Assembly (NCBI GenBank): GCA_049472355.1
Contig: JBLIRP010000015.1
Location: forward strand, 1-53,034
DNA: 53,034 nt
Direction of reading: 5' to 3'
Source of the DNA: a bacterium
Lineage (GTDB): Bacteria; SZUA-182; DTGQ01; JAFGSM01
Below the pieces are notes generated by a model. That model saw nothing but the letters and a program-made list of their open reading frames with translations. It was not told the DNA's origin and ran no database searches. Shown in pieces: positions 49,235 through 53,034 of this stretch (the first letter of the stretch is position 1; every line of letters begins with the position of its first letter). Made by a program: the position numbers and the translations under genes.

Positions 49235-51349
49235 ATGAATGACGAAAAGACCATGGAAGAAAAGATGGAAACAATCGCCCGGAATCTTTGGTGGACGTGG
49301 CATCCGGATGCCATTGACCTGTGGCGGGACATTGATCGGGACCTGTGGCGCGAGTGCTACCATTCCCCCGTCACGTTCATACGGAAGCTGGGAAAGAAAC
49401 GGCTGAAGGAGTTATGCCAGGGGCCCCAGCTTCGCATCAAGATCAATCATGTCCTCTCGGAACTCACTCGATACATGGAATCCTCTGCCACCTGGGGATG
49501 CATGAAGGCGGGACCGCTGAGGGCGCGCCCGGTTGCCTATTTTTGCGCGGAATTCGGCATCCATGAATCCATGCCGCTTTACTCGGGCGGACTCGGAGTG
49601 CTGTCTGGGGACCACCTGAAGAGCGCCTCCGACCTGGGGATCCCCATGATCGGTGTTACCCTTTTCTATCGCGGGGGATACTTCCGCCAGCGAATATCCG
49701 AATCCGGGGACCAGATCGCCGACTTCGAGCTTCTCAACCCCGAAGACCTCCCCCTCGCCCGGGTTATGGATAGTAAAGGGAATCCCCTCACCATCGATCT
49801 TCCCATTCAGGGAAAAATGGTAAAGATTGGGGCGTGGACCACTCCCCTGGGCAGGGTGCCCCTCTATTTCCTCGACATGGAGGAGGCCTTCCGTTCGGTG
49901 GGGATACAGGAATTGGGCCTGCGGCTCTACGCCGGGGATGATGCGGTGCGCCTCTCCCAGGAAATCGTCCTGGGCATCGGGGGCATGCGGCTCTTGCTCG
50001 CCCTCGGCATCAGCCCCGGTGTCATCCACCTCAACGAGGGGCACTGCGCATTCGCCGTACTGGAATATGCCCGGCATCTTATGGAAGAGCACGGCATATC
50101 CTTCAAGAATGCGAGGATGCAGGCAGGCGCCCGCACGGTCTTCACCACCCATACCCCGGTCCCTGCCGGTCACGACCGGTTTTCCTCGGACCTCATCGGG
50201 GAGATGACCTGGCGATTCAGGGAATCCCTCGGCATCTCCCACGAGGAATTCATGGACCTGGGGAGGATTCATCCCGGAGACCGCAGCGAACCCTTCTTCA
50301 TGACGGTGCTCGCGCTCCGGACCGCAGGGAAATCCAATGCGGTCTCCTCCATCCACGGGAAGGTGAGCCGGATCATGTGGGCAAATCTGTGGCCGGACCG
50401 CTCCTTCCAGCATATCCCCATAGGACATATCACCAACGGGATCAATGTCCTGGGCTGGCTGGCTCCCTCCATGAGACGCCTCTTCCAGCGCTATTTTCCC
50501 CCTGACTGGGAGGAACGGATCGGCGAGGAAGCGGTATGGCGACACATTCACTCCATACCCGACGAAGATCTCTGGAATGCCATCCTCTCCCTCAAGACCA
50601 CGCTCATCGGATTCCTGCCCCGGGTCCCCCACCGGGCGCACCCGGCCGATATCCATCTTGATCCCCACGCCCTGACCATCGGATTTGCCCGGAGGTTCGC
50701 CGGATACAAGCGGGCCGCCCTCTTACTGGATGAGCCTGAACGGCTTTGGGGGATACTCGCCAACAAGGACCGTCCGGTCCAGATCATATTTTCAGGGAAG
50801 GCCCATCCCCGGGATGAACTGGGGAAGGGACTCATTAAAAAGGTCTTCCAATTCGTGATGAATCCACGCATCCCTGGAAAGGCAGTGTTCATCGAGGATT
50901 ACGACATCAATGTGTGCCGCCACATGGTCCAGGGGATCGATCTCTGGTTGAACACCCCCAGCCAGGGATACGAAGCGAGCGGCACCAGCGGAATGAAGGT
51001 GGCGCTCAACGGTGGGTTGAACCTTTCCATCCTGGACGGATGGTGGCCGGAGGGATACGACGGCACCAACGGGTTCGCCGTTCACGGCTCCAGGCATGAA
51101 AACCATGACATCCGTGACGTGCGTGACCGGGAGGCCGTGTTCAAGGCCCTGGAAGATGAGGTCATCCCGCTTTACTACCGGAAGAACGGGCAAGGTATCC
51201 CCGTTGAATGGGTGCACCGGATCAAGCAGGCCATGTGCACCCTGGGCTGGAAATTCAGCTCGGACCGGATGCTGATGGACTACGTGAATCACTGCTACAT
51301 GCAGGCGGCGGGCATTTCCACCTGCCAGATGAATATCCCCTTCGTATGA
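49235..51349 (+). CDS. glgP: Alpha-glucan (glycogen) phosphorylase
   Basis: NLWWTW, AYFCAEFG, YSGGLGVLSGDHLKSASDLG, HLNEGH, GFARRFAGYKRA and EASGTSGMK motifs. Confidence 0.95.
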   Translation: MNDEKTMEEKMETIARNLWWTWHPDAIDLWRDIDRDLWRECYHSPVTFIRKLGKKRLKELCQGPQLRIKINHVLSELTRYMESSATWGCMKAGPLRARPVAYFCAEFGIHESMPLYSGGLGVLSGDHLKSASDLGIPMIGVTLFYRGGYFRQRISESGDQIADFELLNPEDLPLARVMDSKGNPLTIDLPIQGKMVKIGAWTTPLGRVPLYFLDMEEAFRSVGIQELGLRLYAGDDAVRLSQEIVLGIGGMRLLLALGISPGVIHLNEGHCAFAVLEYARHLMEEHGISFKNARMQAGARTVFTTHTPVPAGHDRFSSDLIGEMTWRFRESLGISHEEFMDLGRIHPGDRSEPFFMTVLALRTAGKSNAVSSIHGKVSRIMWANLWPDRSFQHIPIGHITNGINVLGWLAPSMRRLFQRYFPPDWEERIGEEAVWRHIHSIPDEDLWNAILSLKTTLIGFLPRVPHRAHPADIHLDPHALTIGFARRFAGYKRAALLLDEPERLWGILANKDRPVQIIFSGKAHPRDELGKGLIKKVFQFVMNPRIPGKAVFIEDYDINVCRHMVQGIDLWLNTPSQGYEASGTSGMKVALNGGLNLSILDGWWPEGYDGTNGFAVHGSRHENHDIRDVRDREAVFKALEDEVIPLYYRKNGQGIPVEWVHRIKQAMCTLGWKFSSDRMLMDYVNHCYMQAAGISTCQMNIPFV

Positions 51350-51442
51350 CATGACAATAGGGAAGCAACCAGGGCTAAACGTTCACAATTGGAATTGCTG
51401 TGACAGTGCACGGGCGAATGAACAGCGGTGCCAGAGGAGACA

Positions 51443-52849
51443 ATGAAGAAGACCAAGATCATTTGCACCATCGGGCCGGCCAGTGACTCCCCCAAAGTGG
51501 TCGGAGATCTGATCAGGGCGGGGATGGATGTGGCCCGGCTCAATTTCTCCCATGGGACCCGGGAGGAACACGCGGCAAAGATCGGGATCATTCGCGAGCG
51601 TGCACGCGAGAGGGGACGCCATGTGGCCATCCTGCAGGACCTGGCAGGCCCGAAGATCCGGGTCGGTTTCATCCCCGGTAAGGGAATCCGTCTCAGCACC
51701 GGGCAGGAATTCATTCTCACCAGCCAATCTGTTAATGGTTCAAAGGAGCGAGTCTCCATCACCTACCCCGGACTCCCCCACGAGGTGCGCAAGGGCGACC
51801 GGATCATGCTCTCCGACGGCGCCATGGAACTGAAGGTCCTCGATACCACGGACACGGACATCCGCTGCAGGGTGGTCATCGGTGGGATGCTCAGCTCCCA
51901 CAAGGGGATCAACATCCCCTCGGAGACCCTCGATATCCCCTCCCTCACGGAAAAGGACGTTCAGGACCTCGCATTCGGTCTCGAAAACGGTGTGGATATG
52001 GTGGCCCTCTCCTTTGTCAGATGGGCGGAGGACATTACAAAGGTCAAGGGGATCATCACGGAAAAGGGTCATGACACCCCGGTCATCGCAAAGATCGAAA
52101 AGCACGAGGCATTGAGGAACCTGGATGCCATCCTTGCGGCTTCCGACGGGATTATGGTGGCCCGGGGCGACCTCGGTGTGGAGATACCCCTGGAGAGGGT
52201 GCCGCGTTTCCAGAAGGAGATCATCCGCAAGGCGAATGAGGCGGGGAAGCCCGTGATCACCGCCACGCAGATGCTCCGTTCCATGGTCGATGCAGCCAGG
52301 CCCACCCGGGCCGAGGCAACCGATGTGGCGAACGCCATCCTGGACGGGACCGATGCGCTCATGCTCTCCGAGGAGACCGCCACCGGCAGGTACCCGGTCA
52401 AGGCGGTCAAATACATGGGGCTCATTGCAGGGGAGACGGAGAAGAACTATCCCTATGAGCGATACGCGCATATTCAGGGAAAGGGGTGGAGCATTACAGA
52501 ATCCGTTGCCAATGCCGCCTGCATGCTGGCAAGTCACCTCGAGGCACGGCTTATTGTCGCATTCACACAATCGGGAACCACGGCGCGGCAGATCTCCCGG
52601 TTCCGGCCCTCCCAGCCCATCATCGCACTCAGTCCGGTTGAACAGACATTGCGCAGGTTGAGCCTCCAATGGAACGTACTCCCTTGCTACTTCCCTCCCC
52701 TCTCCGATACGGACAACATGATCGAAAAGGCGGCCCAGGCAGCCCTCGCCACCGGAATGGCCTCACAGGGCGATATCATTGTTATCACCGCAGGGCTCCC
52801 CCTTCGCTCCAGCGGCACCACAAACCTGATACGGGTCAAAGAGCTCTGA
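51443..52849 (+). CDS. pyk: Pyruvate kinase
   Basis: KTKIICTIGPAS, ARLNFSHG, DLAGPKIR, AKIEK, MVARGDLGVE, TATQML and DALMLSEETA motifs. Confidence 0.96.
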   Translation: MKKTKIICTIGPASDSPKVVGDLIRAGMDVARLNFSHGTREEHAAKIGIIRERARERGRHVAILQDLAGPKIRVGFIPGKGIRLSTGQEFILTSQSVNGSKERVSITYPGLPHEVRKGDRIMLSDGAMELKVLDTTDTDIRCRVVIGGMLSSHKGINIPSETLDIPSLTEKDVQDLAFGLENGVDMVALSFVRWAEDITKVKGIITEKGHDTPVIAKIEKHEALRNLDAILAASDGIMVARGDLGVEIPLERVPRFQKEIIRKANEAGKPVITATQMLRSMVDAARPTRAEATDVANAILDGTDALMLSEETATGRYPVKAVKYMGLIAGETEKNYPYERYAHIQGKGWSITESVANAACMLASHLEARLIVAFTQSGTTARQISRFRPSQPIIALSPVEQTLRRLSLQWNVLPCYFPPLSDTDNMIEKAAQAALATGMASQGDIIVITAGLPLRSSGTTNLIRVKEL

Positions 52850-53034
52850 GTTCCGGGGGTGAGAATTGTGCCTCCTCCTTGTTCATCCTAATCTGTCCAT
52901 TGATCCCCGTACCGATGGATACATCAGGTTCAACCATCGGGTGATGATAGCGCATAAATTCTCAAAATAAACCATAAGATAAGAACAATATAGTTGATTC
53001 GACTGGTAATATTCATTACAATTTTTAGTACGGG

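Overview
Chromosomal window from a bacterium (lineage not determinable from the sequence) with GC-rich core genes and AT-rich intergenic and accessory stretches. Housekeeping and metabolic genes: partial EF-P-like factor (EfpL/YeiP-type loop), DUF89 phosphatase, MBL hydrolase, ilvE, mscL, ABC-F, MFS, two M20 peptidases, cyclase, Na+/solute symporter, glgP and pyk. Signalling genes: a histidine kinase with a degenerate GGDEF domain, two stand-alone receivers, HEAT-repeat plus HD-GYP proteins, and a PAS kinase with a sigma54 enhancer-binding regulator. Three things stand out. (1) Five dispersed secreted proteins are Tyr/Gly-rich or low-complexity, two with long tandem repeats; four sigma54-like -24/-12 elements precede secreted-protein loci, two of them from this set. 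(2) A HlyD/ABC exporter operon is split by an AT-rich glycosylation islet, with a deletion scar that fuses the first and last bases of the permease pair, which is intact on the far side of the islet. (3) A ~116-nt intergenic rod hairpin pairs via G-U only on the minus strand, and a GCGGAGCGAAGCGGAGC repeat family is dispersed through the intergenic DNA. No rRNA, tRNA, CRISPR array, integrase or transposase was recognised.
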